This document shows, one piece after another, positions 48,909 through 59,302 of a stretch of 64,000 nucleotides of DNA. The DNA is taken from positions 46,385 to 110,384 of IMG/VR virus record IMGVR_UViG_3300035670_000067. One strand, written 5' to 3'. The notes beneath the pieces are model-generated. The model was given only the letters and a program-made list of their open reading frames with translations, was not told the origin of the DNA and did no database searches. The translations under genes were made by a program, and so were the position numbers. Position 1 is the stretch's first letter, and each line of letters opens with the position of its first letter. The stretch is from a virus.

Positions 48909-49756
48909 TTCAGTATTTCTTTCAGCTTTTTCAGATCTTCTGTAAACAGCTTTCGCTTATCTGGTTTATTCATGTTGAGTGGACTGGGATGCAATAGCGG
49001 AAATACTTTGCCATATTCTGTTTCGTAAACTTTACCGTGACAATCTGTTATTGTGCGGTCATTGCCAAGCAAAGCCTTCAATGCGAAATTGCCAAGAGTC
49101 ACTATGATCCTTGGCTTCATTATCTCAATTTCTTGTTTTAGATATGCGAAACAATTTTTGATCTCTGATGGAACTGGCGCTCGATTGCCTTCCGTAAAGC
49201 ATTTCACCACGTTCGTAACATAAAGCTCTTTCCGCGGCACTCCAACATGCTCTTCAAACATTTGATCAAAGAACTGGCCAGAACGACCAACAAACGGTCG
49301 CCTGATTTTAGTTTCTTCCTTGCCAGGATTCTGACCAACAATCATAATCTTGGCCCTTACACGCATACTACTAAAAACGTTTCCAGGATATCCTTCTACG
49401 AATTGTCCACCGATATTGCATTTCTTGCAACTGAGACATGAGGCTTTTACCCTTTTCAACATATGCTTTCTATACAGATTTTCCTGAGGCTTCATGGAGC
49501 AGTCATCCATATCTATCCAGTGGAATTTTCCATCTATTGGACTATTGAGGAGAAACCATGTCCGGACCACATCTACAGGTTGAACAGGTTGTTTATCTTC
49601 CATCTCCATTTTATATTGTTCATCATCTTCATCCTCGTGAATATATGTCACATTTGGATCCGGCTTTATCTGCCCTAAATGCTCAACATCTATTTTGTAA
49701 ACAGGATAAAATTTATCCTTTAGGAACCACTCGCTATTCGTTACTTTGACTTCCAT
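48905..49756 (-). CDS. uracil-DNA glycosylase family 4 with N-terminal extension
   Basis: C..CKKC, VGQNPG..E, PFVG.SG, TNVVKC, LHPSP. Confidence 0.88.
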   Translation of the reverse strand: MEVKVTNSEWFLKDKFYPVYKIDVEHLGQIKPDPNVTYIHEDEDDEQYKMEMEDKQPVQPVDVVRTWFLLNSPIDGKFHWIDMDDCSMKPQENLYRKHMLKRVKASCLSCKKCNIGGQFVEGYPGNVFSSMRVRAKIMIVGQNPGKEETKIRRPFVGRSGQFFDQMFEEHVGVPRKELYVTNVVKCFTEGNRAPVPSEIKNCFAYLKQEIEIMKPRIIVTLGNFALKALLGNDRTITDCHGKVYETEYGKVFPLLHPSPLNMNKPDKRKLFTEDLKKLKEILK

Positions 49757-50772
49757 CTCTCCATCATCCTTTCCAGGAATGGCTTACTTTCTGCACCTCC
49801 GCTGTTCAGAATATCTATAAGCATACTTCCACTACACTTACCGGGATCTTTATCTTTGGGTAAGATGCTAGTTAATTCAAATGTCGGCATGAATTCTGAT
49901 AACTGCTCTACAGCGGCTTTTGTTCCAGTTATCCCAGCGTCATCATTATCGAACAACACGTAAGCTTTCCTGAAATTCTCAGCAATTAATTTCAGCTTAC
50001 GCGAACTAGTGCCGTGCCCCATAGCACACACTACGCCAAAGCGTTTACTCATTTTTTCATTTTTCAGTAACGCACACACGATCTGATAAAGATCAAAAGC
50101 GCCTTCTACCAGAACTACATCCCTTTTGCCAAACGCTTGATCAAATCCGTACAGTAATTGATTGAAATCTACATTACTTGGATGCAAGGATTTCCTTTTT
50201 GCGTTCTCATCAATTGATCTATCGTTAAACGTCAAGAGTTCGCCGCCTATGAAAAGCGGCATTATGATCCTACCAGCTTCCCGTCCACTATTACAATAGA
50301 ACAATTTGTACATATTTATGATATACGGTATGTTCAGAACATTGTGGTATTTCTTTTTCCTTTTTTCTAAGTAATCATACATTGGTTCTTGATTGGGAGC
50401 TCTGTCTGGCAAATAACTTCTTGGTATCTGCGATTCTTGTTTTACAACGGTCCTAATCTTTTTTATCCGCTGAATGAGAGCTGAAATATTGCAGACGTCA
50501 AGGCTTGTGTGCTTGCAGAGAAGCTTCTTTGCCTTATCTAATCCAACTCCACTAACTAATGATACAAGTCTAGCTAGATTCCCATGCACGTGACAACTGA
50601 AACAATTGAAGAATGGATCTGCTTTCTTGAAGTTTACTCTAAAGCTACTTTCATTATTCCCACCGTGAATAGGACAATTCAGCCTTATCTCATCCTTCAA
50701 TGGCTTTATGCCAGTACAGCCATTGTCTTCTAAGAACTGGAGAATATAATCATATGGATCTAATTTATTCAT
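49741..50772 (-). CDS. DNA primase (CHC2 zinc finger plus TOPRIM)
   Basis: CPIH...CFSC, LVEGAFD, FDNDDAG, KDP. Confidence 0.88.
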   Translation of the reverse strand: MNKLDPYDYILQFLEDNGCTGIKPLKDEIRLNCPIHGGNNESSFRVNFKKADPFFNCFSCHVHGNLARLVSLVSGVGLDKAKKLLCKHTSLDVCNISALIQRIKKIRTVVKQESQIPRSYLPDRAPNQEPMYDYLEKRKKKYHNVLNIPYIINMYKLFYCNSGREAGRIIMPLFIGGELLTFNDRSIDENAKRKSLHPSNVDFNQLLYGFDQAFGKRDVVLVEGAFDLYQIVCALLKNEKMSKRFGVVCAMGHGTSSRKLKLIAENFRKAYVLFDNDDAGITGTKAAVEQLSEFMPTFELTSILPKDKDPGKCSGSMLIDILNSGGAESKPFLERMMERWKSK

Positions 50773-50773
50773 G

Positions 50774-51052
50774 TCACTTACTATAGAATTCCTTTTCCCG
50801 CTTTTCTGCATCTCTTCTGGCTAAATGCTTAAGTCTATTTCTTTCAGCGTTTGCCCAGTATGAATCTGGCTTATTGCTGATATCACCCATCCCTTCAGCA
50901 AATGTGAAAAACATTCTGTCAGCGATGATTCGTTTTGTTGTTTTGGCGTGACATCTTGTGCATTGAGGCTTGAAAATATCTCTATTTTCCATGGAAACAT
51001 TGTGCCAATCGAATTTATTCCCACACTCTAAACAACGATAAGTGTACGTCAT
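50774..51052 (-). CDS. FmdB-like zinc ribbon protein
   Basis: YTYRCLECG..F...CTRC. Confidence 0.7.
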   Translation of the reverse strand: MTYTYRCLECGNKFDWHNVSMENRDIFKPQCTRCHAKTTKRIIADRMFFTFAEGMGDISNKPDSYWANAERNRLKHLARRDAEKREKEFYSK

Positions 51053-52353
51053 CTTATGTTCTCCAGTTCTTGCCATAAATGGCTTGTTGATATTTGATAA
51101 TTCCCTTGATTCACCTGTTCGCGCATCCGTTCACGAATTTCATCGGATTCATTTTTCATTATGGATTCTACTTGTTGGCAATGAACGAACTTAAACGGCA
51201 AACGGACCGGTTTCCCTAAAATAGCATTAGCGCGATACATTATTTCTCTATCTTCAAATCCCCATCCCTTCAATTGACTGTGGAACCCTCCTATCATAAC
51301 ATAAGCGCTCCAATCAAAGAACACACTGCCACCAGTAGCATCAGGAACAACAGCACCGTCGTATTCCACATTAGAATAGCACATTCCATATGAATTCTTG
51401 CAAGACAACATCGAATTAATCCAGCTCTTATCTGAGCAATACAAATCTCTGTCTTGGAATATATATTTGATTGCATATCTTCCTGCTAAAAATCCGTGAT
51501 TGAATAATATGCCTCTACTTGGCATATCATATGGATATCTTACATCAACTCCAGTCATCGTAGGATAGCCACAATTTCCACACACTATTCTAGTTTTTAT
51601 ATCTTCGATATCAATCAGATTTTCTATGGCTTTGTCGTATTTGCCATACACTGGAATGATCATAACAGCTGGATAATTTTGTTTCAGTAAATCAACAGTC
51701 TTCCTCTTATTAGTATCGCTAACATAATGATCCGCTATATCAACTCCATTACAAGATATTCTGTGGATACCACAAATATCTTCATGCTGTAGATATATCG
51801 GCTGAGTGTATTTACTCAAACATTCTAGTGTATCCCCACTTCTTTCATACGGTTTTTGTATTTCGTTTTGATGACTGCGCACAAAAGCCGTAGAGGCAAT
51901 TAACAGGCTGGGGTGTATATAACCCCTAGTGTGCCGCACACCGGCCAAAGACGCACCCTGTAACGCGTCTTGAAGCCTTTCTAACCAGTGCCTATGCAAC
52001 ACCATACAGTCTGAGTCTAACAGAACAAATTTTTCTGTCTTTATGCCTTCCAATAACCTAATTATTCCGCGCTTGTGGTTATCGGAACCTCTAACAGTAT
52101 TGTCATTCTGCATGAATTCTAATTCGTTTATGATATGGTGCTGATGAAGAGTTCTCAGCACCGGCCGCATATCTTCATACATATCATCCATCATATACAC
52201 CAAGTTTATCGTAACATTATTCAAATCAACATTAGTGATTAGACTATGAAGGAAACATTCCAGTACTAGACGTGAACCGTGTAGTACTGACACAACAGTT
52301 ATTTGTTGCGTCTCTTTTTCTGGAGTCTTTTTTTTAATGTATCGAAGTAGCAT
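51049..52353 (-). CDS. two-domain glycosyltransferase (GT2-like plus GT7-like)
   Basis: VLLDSD; RG.LFN.GF, FQDRD, GWGFED. Confidence 0.75.
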   Translation of the reverse strand: MLLRYIKKKTPEKETQQITVVSVLHGSRLVLECFLHSLITNVDLNNVTINLVYMMDDMYEDMRPVLRTLHQHHIINELEFMQNDNTVRGSDNHKRGIIRLLEGIKTEKFVLLDSDCMVLHRHWLERLQDALQGASLAGVRHTRGYIHPSLLIASTAFVRSHQNEIQKPYERSGDTLECLSKYTQPIYLQHEDICGIHRISCNGVDIADHYVSDTNKRKTVDLLKQNYPAVMIIPVYGKYDKAIENLIDIEDIKTRIVCGNCGYPTMTGVDVRYPYDMPSRGILFNHGFLAGRYAIKYIFQDRDLYCSDKSWINSMLSCKNSYGMCYSNVEYDGAVVPDATGGSVFFDWSAYVMIGGFHSQLKGWGFEDREIMYRANAILGKPVRLPFKFVHCQQVESIMKNESDEIRERMREQVNQGNYQISTSHLWQELENIR

Positions 52354-52796
52354 TCTGCATCAACAAGATTCATAAACGCATTCTTCTCAAAGTCTTCCCA
52401 AGTTAATCCACTAACATCACCATATGAAAAGACATTAAAGTTCTTGCCTTTCCACAAGACGGTACAGCCGCCATCACCTGAAAGTGTAACATATCTAACA
52501 TCTGTTCTGTTACTGAAGCTGACAACACTTTTCCAAATAGGGCCACACCAATCAGACCCTCTTCGTTTCTGTATTTGCTGAAAAGCGTTGGTGGGATGAG
52601 TTCCAAATACCAGAACCTTACAACGTTCGCTACCGGCGACGAGACAGCCATTTATCAAATCTATACATAAATCCATATCTGTAGATCTAATGATGTATAG
52701 ATCTCCATTAGGTGCAATATCTGTGAGTCTTCTGACTTCACACTGTATAGGATATCCGCTTTCTACGAATTTGATAAGAATTTCACTTGGCTTCAT
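52299..52796 (-). CDS. degenerate methyltransferase-like protein
   Basis: W.G.IWK..V and D.GC.V remnants only. Confidence 0.35.
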   Translation of the reverse strand: MKPSEILIKFVESGYPIQCEVRRLTDIAPNGDLYIIRSTDMDLCIDLINGCLVAGSERCKVLVFGTHPTNAFQQIQKRRGSDWCGPIWKSVVSFSNRTDVRYVTLSGDGGCTVLWKGKNFNVFSYGDVSGLTWEDFEKNAFMNLVDAECYFDTLKKRLQKKRRNK

Positions 52797-52797
52797 G

Positions 52798-53013
52798 TTA
52801 TCCTCTGTGTTCCTCTTTGCATTGTTCTATGGCACTGAATCCGCATTCAAATCCCGAATCATAAGCTTGATTTAACAAATCACAGAAATTGTCTGCTTCC
52901 AATTTTTGATGCGATTCAAATATCATAATGCGCTTTCCAAGCATTTCAATCACCCATCTATCATCTGGAACACCCAATACCACTAAGCGTTCCACAGAAT
53001 ATGTTTTACCCAT
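52798..53013 (-). CDS. hypothetical protein
   Basis: Operon ORF. Confidence 0.5.
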   Translation of the reverse strand: MGKTYSVERLVVLGVPDDRWVIEMLGKRIMIFESHQKLEADNFCDLLNQAYDSGFECGFSAIEQCKEEHRG

Positions 53014-53016
53014 TTT

Positions 53017-53223
53017 CTATGATCCTTCCTGTTTGCTTGGTGTCGTTGTCTCGGAAGTCAGTAATGCTCTTAACAAGTTCAGCTGTTTTTCTGACAACTT
53101 AATGCGATGCCCTTCTTCATATTCATACTGTTGTCCGCATTTGCTACACATCCAATCAAGGTATGACTGTACAATATTTTCAGCACCACAAACATCACAG
53201 TTGATCTTCATAACAATGTCCAT
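53017..53223 (-). CDS. zinc-ribbon protein
   Basis: CDVC...CSKC; start approximate. Confidence 0.5.
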   Translation of the reverse strand: MDIVMKINCDVCGAENIVQSYLDWMCSKCGQQYEYEEGHRIKLSEKQLNLLRALLTSETTTPSKQEGS

Positions 53224-53471
53224 CCTATCGGATTTGCTGGCGGTGTCACGGCACGGTATAGCGGCCAGCACACACGTTCAAACCAAAGAGTGTATGGTCC
53301 ATAACACGACCCAGAGTCATCATAGCGAGCGAATGTAGCTGAAGCGCAGAAGCCAACACCCCACCCATGCCACCAAACAAACAACGTCCGCAGTTCAACA
53401 ACCGCACAGAACCAACTTCGGATAACGTTCTCAATGTTATTCATGATCTTTATCATCGCGGAAACTCCAAG

Positions 53472-53690
53472 TTACGGTGGACCGATATGCCGATCATCAC
53501 CGCCTTCAATCTCTCGCATGGCAGCACATAGACGCTCTTGCTCCGCCCGCCACTCTGCGGCTTCGACGCGTTCAAGACGGTCGTCTTCGTCTGCCTTGGC
53601 TAGGTCGCGATAACTCCGTGTCCTGTGCGACCACCGCTTGCCTTTGCGCGGATACGCACTCTCGTCCGGTTCCCGATAATCGTCACTCAT
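53472..53690 (-). CDS. hypothetical protein
   Basis: ATGA coupling; AAGGAG RBS. Confidence 0.55.
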   Translation of the reverse strand: MSDDYREPDESAYPRKGKRWSHRTRSYRDLAKADEDDRLERVEAAEWRAEQERLCAAMREIEGGDDRHIGPP

Positions 53691-53896
53691 CGCGGGGACT
53701 CCTTTGGAGATAGCTTATTGTCGGACGATGAAATCATTTTCATGTATACGCTGATTTCTTCCTCGCACACATCGCACAGCCGGCCAATCGGCAGCTTCAT
53801 GGCGCGAGCATCTTTCTTGCCCAGCCGGCATTGGTGTCTGTTTCCCAAAGCCATCCGCAAGATCATACGCACACGGTGTTTTTCAGCGCGTGTCAA
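53687..53896 (-). CDS. hypothetical protein
   Basis: Coupled ORF. Confidence 0.5.
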   Translation of the reverse strand: MTRAEKHRVRMILRMALGNRHQCRLGKKDARAMKLPIGRLCDVCEEEISVYMKMISSSDNKLSPKESPR

Positions 53897-54174
53897 TTCT
53901 CACCTCTCTTCACCTTCCAGTTTTGGAACGCTGGATCATTCATGCAGTATCCGTATAGACCGGGGACAACGTTCTTAATGAACCACTGCACGTCTATCTG
54001 CACTGGATCTACGCGCTCAACATATCTTGCCGGTTGCGGAACTGCCAATCGCAGACGAGACGGCAATTTGGAAAAGTCAAGATCGACAATCATCCCTCCC
54101 TCTTCCACAGAGGCGCGGATTCTTTTCGCTAACTGATACGCGATTTCACGAATAACTGTTTCATTGTCGAGCAT
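53893..54174 (-). CDS. hypothetical protein
   Basis: Coupled ORF. Confidence 0.55.
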   Translation of the reverse strand: MLDNETVIREIAYQLAKRIRASVEEGGMIVDLDFSKLPSRLRLAVPQPARYVERVDPVQIDVQWFIKNVVPGLYGYCMNDPAFQNWKVKRGEN

Positions 54175-54349
54175 ATATTCTACTTCTGCTCTTCAATCCC
54201 GCGAACCCGGTATGATTGAATATCGTAATATCCGCCATTCATATTAGTCTTTTTGTCTGCATATTTACGAGCAGCTTCTTCGGTTGCGAACACCGCTTCA
54301 ACAACAAATTCTCCGCCTGTACTGTGCGACACGACCCAGACAGTTTGAA

Positions 54350-54544
54350 TCATTTGTTATTTCCCCTTTGCTGCTTCGCGAATTGTTCAGACAATCGATC
54401 AATCTTTAAGCCCTGCCGAAATTGTTTATTCAAGTGTTTCAGTCTGGCTCTTGCGTGATTTATTTCCATTACAACTTCTATACGATTCAATCTATTACCT
54501 TCATTAATGGCCAAGATAACTTCTTCATACGTAACTTTTTTCAT
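54350..54544 (-). CDS. hypothetical protein
   Basis: AAGGA RBS. Confidence 0.5.
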   Translation of the reverse strand: MKKVTYEEVILAINEGNRLNRIEVVMEINHARARLKHLNKQFRQGLKIDRLSEQFAKQQRGNNK

Positions 54545-54565
54545 GTGGAAAATTCCTTACATTGT

Positions 54566-55279
54566 TTACAGTGACATATCGTAATAACCACTCCTGACAC
54601 CGCGCCTTCCAGATCTCAATTCAGATTGGCATTTGTCTTTCCATTCCTGATAGCCAAGATCGTTTTCGACTGGGTGAGTCACATAATTCTTGGTATCTAC
54701 ATAAACCGGGATGTTCTTAGACATGGCAGCATTCCACAATGACGCTTCGTTGCCGCCATATAATGATCCTGTAGCAAACATGCCAAGCTCAATAAATAAT
54801 GAAGTACGTATGGTTAACCCTGCCCCAGCTACGCCGCGCAAGCAAGTTCTAAACACTTTGTAATGTTCCATTTCTTCAAAGATTGAATGTATTTTTTCGT
54901 AACAGTGACACCTATTGGTAAATTGTTCTGGAACGACAATGGCTTTGTGATTTATTGCGAAATCAAACAGATCTCTCAAAGTTCCCCTATGTACAAGTAT
55001 GTCAGCGTCAGACACACAGGCAACTGATTCAATATCTTCTTTCAGCAAAACTCCCATCATTGTATTAACGCCAACGGCCTTCCCGACATTCTTACCAAAT
55101 GTGAAGACTCTAGTGAAATCACATCTTTCTAACGTTACTCTTGTGTTCAAATCGTTTGGACTATTGTTCCAAATCCAAACCTCATCTACTTCATCCAGCG
55201 AATGTTTCAGCGTTTCAAGCGATTGACGCAATGAATCTGCTTTATAGTAAGTTGCGAACATATAGACTTTTTTCATCAC
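54566..55279 (-). CDS. glycosyltransferase family 2-like
   Basis: WNNS, NVGKAVGVN, VSDAD, YGGNE; coupled to upstream MTase. Confidence 0.7.
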   Translation of the reverse strand: MMKKVYMFATYYKADSLRQSLETLKHSLDEVDEVWIWNNSPNDLNTRVTLERCDFTRVFTFGKNVGKAVGVNTMMGVLLKEDIESVACVSDADILVHRGTLRDLFDFAINHKAIVVPEQFTNRCHCYEKIHSIFEEMEHYKVFRTCLRGVAGAGLTIRTSLFIELGMFATGSLYGGNEASLWNAAMSKNIPVYVDTKNYVTHPVENDLGYQEWKDKCQSELRSGRRGVRSGYYDMSL

Positions 55280-55953
55280 CAGTTTCCCTTACAGTACCAA
55301 TCTTTTCTTTCTTCTGAGCCACCAGTCCTGATCCTGGGCACTCGCTTAGTTAACCAACACACCCATTCATTAGAAATGGCTTCTATCGGGCATTGATAAG
55401 TCAATACGTAGGGGACTTCCAGCTTCTTAATCCATTTAGTGAATGTTTTGATGTTTAGATCTTCGACACCATAATTCCCGTCGGTGCCCAAATAAGGCGG
55501 ATCAATAAACAGAAAATCTCCGTCTTTCTGTTTATACGTCCTGTAAGACCCGTGTATAAATTTCCAATTATGAATTTTACGCATAGCGATTTTTGTATCT
55601 TCTACAGGCAACCTATGCTGCGGATATATCATCCAAGATGATAACTGACCAACATAAATTCCAGCCAAATTCACTCGAAGATAATCGCGCGCTTCTTCTC
55701 TTATACTAAGCGTCTTGACACTGATCTTATCTCCTTCGTAAACACGCAAACCATCTAAATCGGGCATAGTCCTCAACCATCTCAACATAGATATCAGGCT
55801 TTTGTTCAGATCTATACACAAAGCTGAATAATCGTACTGTAGTGAAAACGCGCACGAACCACAAAACGGCTCAACTATCCTTTTAGTTCCCTTGGGGAAT
55901 TGAATGCTTGGAAATTTTGCTTTATTCCCAGAATATTTGAATAGCCTATACAT
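55276..55953 (-). CDS. Dam-like DNA adenine methyltransferase (alpha class)
   Basis: FKYSGNK, EPFCGS, FIDPPY. Confidence 0.8.
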   Translation of the reverse strand: MYRLFKYSGNKAKFPSIQFPKGTKRIVEPFCGSCAFSLQYDYSALCIDLNKSLISMLRWLRTMPDLDGLRVYEGDKISVKTLSIREEARDYLRVNLAGIYVGQLSSWMIYPQHRLPVEDTKIAMRKIHNWKFIHGSYRTYKQKDGDFLFIDPPYLGTDGNYGVEDLNIKTFTKWIKKLEVPYVLTYQCPIEAISNEWVCWLTKRVPRIRTGGSEERKDWYCKGNW

Positions 55954-57094
55954 TCAGCATCTCCACAGAAACCCTTTCATACGAAGCGTTGTCTTTCAGC
56001 GCATTGTGTCGTATCCAATAATAGGCAGCCAACTTCATATCTGTATTGCGCAGATTTCTGAATACATTCTTATATTCGCTGTAGAATTGTATTGGATCCA
56101 TTTTCTTGGCCGCAGCATATATCGCCATATAATACAGATCTTCACCCATCACATTTCTAGAAAAAGAAGTGCGCAATCTGTTAAGATTACAATCTAAATC
56201 TTCTTCCCATAGAGATTGCACATACTTTACGAACCGCTTTGCTTCGCTGATATTGTAATAACAGTCATCGCCAATAAATGGTTCATATGTATTTACCGGA
56301 ATGCAATAATGCGGCACATTCGCCATCAAAATCTTTTTGAGCCTATCCTTCATATTTTCATAAACATGAAGAGAACCGGCGAAATGATAATAGCGACCGA
56401 CACCCACCCCCAAGATGCGCGACAGCATACCCTGAATGAAAGAAAATTCAAACACATTGATTTGTGAAAATCCAAACAGTAAATCGTTCGATCTCATAGT
56501 AACGAAGCAATCAAGCTTGCCGTTATTGATCTTATATTGAATGTAACCAGTGCAAGGATAATCCAAACTATCTCCAGCACGACAATCCTTTGCCGGATCC
56601 CAAATTGACATCACCGCCCGCTTACTGGTCGGATCCGCTTTCAGCGTTTCACAAACATATTGTATTTGATCAACGCTTTTCAAATTCGTAACTGCGTAAT
56701 TTTCTACTGCCCTATTTTCAATGGCGCTAGCCTTATAGAATCTGCTGTATTCAACATCGCTTAACCCATAGGAACGACGCAGCCTTGGCCCATAGCCCGC
56801 CCGCCATTGCACCCCGTCATCAGCATATTGCGGCGCTCTAGGTAAGAAGTGCTTTAGAACTGAAACATCTCTATCTCCACTAAGAACCCATATAGTTTCA
56901 AACAAAGAAGCAAATGGATTTCCATGTCTTTCCACCACAAGCGGAATGCGATATGGCCCAACGATTTGAATCATCATTGGTGAAACTTCAAAGATATAAT
57001 TGGCTGATGCTCCAACTCTTTTTACCTCGACCCTTTCACCATGAACGTCTATCATCTCCACTGCCCACAAAAACGCTTGTGTCATGTCAATCAT
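55946..57094 (-). CDS. thymidylate synthase-family dUMP hydroxymethylase
   Basis: YGPRL, DQI, D.PC, MRSNDLLFGFSQINVFEF (Asn is dUMP-type), GSLHVY; hmdU-kinase context. Confidence 0.8.
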   Translation of the reverse strand: MIDMTQAFLWAVEMIDVHGERVEVKRVGASANYIFEVSPMMIQIVGPYRIPLVVERHGNPFASLFETIWVLSGDRDVSVLKHFLPRAPQYADDGVQWRAGYGPRLRRSYGLSDVEYSRFYKASAIENRAVENYAVTNLKSVDQIQYVCETLKADPTSKRAVMSIWDPAKDCRAGDSLDYPCTGYIQYKINNGKLDCFVTMRSNDLLFGFSQINVFEFSFIQGMLSRILGVGVGRYYHFAGSLHVYENMKDRLKKILMANVPHYCIPVNTYEPFIGDDCYYNISEAKRFVKYVQSLWEEDLDCNLNRLRTSFSRNVMGEDLYYMAIYAAAKKMDPIQFYSEYKNVFRNLRNTDMKLAAYYWIRHNALKDNASYERVSVEMLNV

Positions 57095-57816
57095 TATTGA
57101 TTCCTTTCATGTCTGTTAGCTACATCTGCCCAATCGTTATTTTCAGTTACCGAACCTGCATATTCAATAACCGGCGGCTTTTTGAGATCTTCGAATTTAT
57201 ATGTACTGGCCAGATTTTCTATGAAGTTCTTAATCTTAAGCTGCCAATCGGTTCTCATTTTACTATTGAAAAAGTAAACATCAGCATGTGATCTTATTAT
57301 CGGATAAAACGATTCGGACTTATGCCGCGACGCTTCGTTTGTACTTCTTGGATCATCCGTATCTATGAAAACCAAAGTAAATCCATTATTCTTTACATAT
57401 TCTAATTCTGCAGGACGCCTTACATCCTTAATGCAGAACCCAAGCCTAACCGCTCCAAGTTCTTGCATTGTTTCGCGCAAACGAATGAACTCTTCTTGCA
57501 CTGAATCAACAAACACTCCGGGATAGATTTCTGGCAACATATCAAATGCCTGCCACACCATGCGCGGAGTATATTGCACCTTCGTTTCTGGATTAGTGTA
57601 AACTATCCTCGTCTCTTTCTCTGAACTTTCGTAATCAAACTGCATAAATCCAAATATGGATTTAACTATTTTCTTGAGCTGATCGCTAAAGCTAGCCACA
57701 GTAAAGCAATATTCCATTTCAAGCGTGTCTGTGACAGTGTCCTTACCTGAATATTTTGGACCACTGAATGCCAATTTCGTTACAGATATAACATTTTCTT
57801 CACCCATTGTGCACAC
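57094..57816 (-). CDS. deoxynucleoside monophosphate kinase
   Basis: SGPKYSGKDT P-loop, FSD.LK, TPR, DVR...E, H.SE. Confidence 0.85.
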   Translation of the reverse strand: MCTMGEENVISVTKLAFSGPKYSGKDTVTDTLEMEYCFTVASFSDQLKKIVKSIFGFMQFDYESSEKETRIVYTNPETKVQYTPRMVWQAFDMLPEIYPGVFVDSVQEEFIRLRETMQELGAVRLGFCIKDVRRPAELEYVKNNGFTLVFIDTDDPRSTNEASRHKSESFYPIIRSHADVYFFNSKMRTDWQLKIKNFIENLASTYKFEDLKKPPVIEYAGSVTENNDWADVANRHERNQ

Positions 57817-58837
57817 CTAGGATCTTTGCGACATGCAGCATGTTCGCAGGTTTGTTGTATTTATTGAATGTCCACTGAGCGGGTTTCCAGCTAACATCTC
57901 TATTCGCGTCTATGCTTCTAGCCCATCCGTCTCTGGACATATATCTATTACGAGGCCGCCCGCGATCCTCATAAGCTTTCATGTATTTGCTAAACTCACA
58001 AAGACAATTTTCCAAGGACATTACAGTAAGATAAGGATACGGCTGATCCTCAAATGTTTTCAGAAAATCTACATCGTAAAGTCTAGAATTCTTTAACTGA
58101 TTATTACGCAACCAATAATTCAACTCTTCGTATCCATTATCTTCTATGGTCTTTTCGGTAAACAACTCATGCAGTCCGCGTTTAGCCCCCGGTCCATCAA
58201 TAACAAAGTCATCTTCTCCAAACTTAGTACGATCTGAATAGCTTAAATCTACTGCAATCTGATATCCTAAGAACGGCCCTATCCCCTGAATGCTACGCAG
58301 ATAATAGTAGCATTCTTCCATTGATTTGTCGAACGCGTCACGTAAACAGCCAGACTTTTCATCATCATTGAGCTGATCGGTTATTTGCCCAAGCAACAAA
58401 GAAATTCTTGTAATCTTATCCATACCAAATCCGAACATACTGTACCCGCTGACAGTAAACGCATTGGTGAAAACATTTTCATTAGCTGATAAATTCAATA
58501 GTCTTAATCGCAACCCTTCTTGATCATATTTTCTGTAATCTGGCATATGGCCATGATACAGAAATGTCTCTATCTTGTTGAACAATCTGTATAAGACATG
58601 ATTAAAGAAGAACGAAGCATCATCAACATATTCTTGCTTCTGCAACCATTCTGTCACAAATCTAGTGCCGCGGTCTAATTCGCGGAAGATATTGGTGAAT
58701 TTGAAATCTGCTAATATTGGATCTTTAGTCCAAGGTGGTGGAAGGTTTTGTAGTTCTTTTCTTTTGTATATTTCGTGTCGTTCTGCTATGAATTTCCAAA
58801 ACAAACCCATATTTTCTTTATAATAGAATACTGACAT
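57800..58837 (-). CDS. 5-hmdU DNA kinase, helical domain (aGPT-Pplase1-like)
   Basis: ERH.IY.R, PPPWTKDPIL..FKFTN.FRELDR, YRLFN..ET, GPGA.RGL, EN.LCEF.KY. Confidence 0.85.
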   Translation of the reverse strand: MSVFYYKENMGLFWKFIAERHEIYKRKELQNLPPPWTKDPILADFKFTNIFRELDRGTRFVTEWLQKQEYVDDASFFFNHVLYRLFNKIETFLYHGHMPDYRKYDQEGLRLRLLNLSANENVFTNAFTVSGYSMFGFGMDKITRISLLLGQITDQLNDDEKSGCLRDAFDKSMEECYYYLRSIQGIGPFLGYQIAVDLSYSDRTKFGEDDFVIDGPGAKRGLHELFTEKTIEDNGYEELNYWLRNNQLKNSRLYDVDFLKTFEDQPYPYLTVMSLENCLCEFSKYMKAYEDRGRPRNRYMSRDGWARSIDANRDVSWKPAQWTFNKYNKPANMLHVAKILGVHNG

Positions 58838-58840
58838 AAA

Positions 58841-59302
58841 CTATTTCCACCAATGAGGAGTTTCTCTTTTTGTCCAAACAGCCAGATGCCTTTTGCATTC
58901 TATCATATATTGTCTATTCGACTTTATTGGCTCCAACTTTTCATAACCAGATTGAGTTAAGAAATACAATTTTCCATCAGGTAATTCTAGCGGATGTTCT
59001 TCTACCCATTCAAGAATCCTGCCGCAACTATGTTCGTTGCCATATCTGTAGTAATGTTCAGCAAATATGCACCAGCCTAGCCTAAGCGCGAACTTAAAAT
59101 TTTCGCTATTTTCATAAACCCATCTTTGAACACGTATATTCATGCGCTTATCTAATTCTCTGTACGGCATATCACCATCATATCCATTCCGGTGATATGC
59201 CGTACAAAGCAACTGAGCAATTTCTAGCAGAATCTTCATGTGCCTGTCCATGTAGTATTCGGCACACTTGCGAGGATTCTTGTCTAGAAAGAAAATATTC
59301 AT
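58841..59302 (-). CDS. pyrimidine dimer DNA glycosylase/endonuclease V-like protein
   Basis: MNIFFLD..P..CA...D.H.K..LE.AQLL; W.KR..P.W. Confidence 0.75.
   Translation of the reverse strand: MNIFFLDKNPRKCAEYYMDRHMKILLEIAQLLCTAYHRNGYDGDMPYRELDKRMNIRVQRWVYENSENFKFALRLGWCIFAEHYYRYGNEHSCGRILEWVEEHPLELPDGKLYFLTQSGYEKLEPIKSNRQYMIECKRHLAVWTKRETPHWWK

Noticed and set aside
55946-57094. dCMP hydroxymethylase (T4 gp42 type)
   Set aside because: Specificity residue is Asn rather than Asp, and the neighbour is a 5-hmdU DNA kinase; a plain thymidylate synthase cannot be fully excluded
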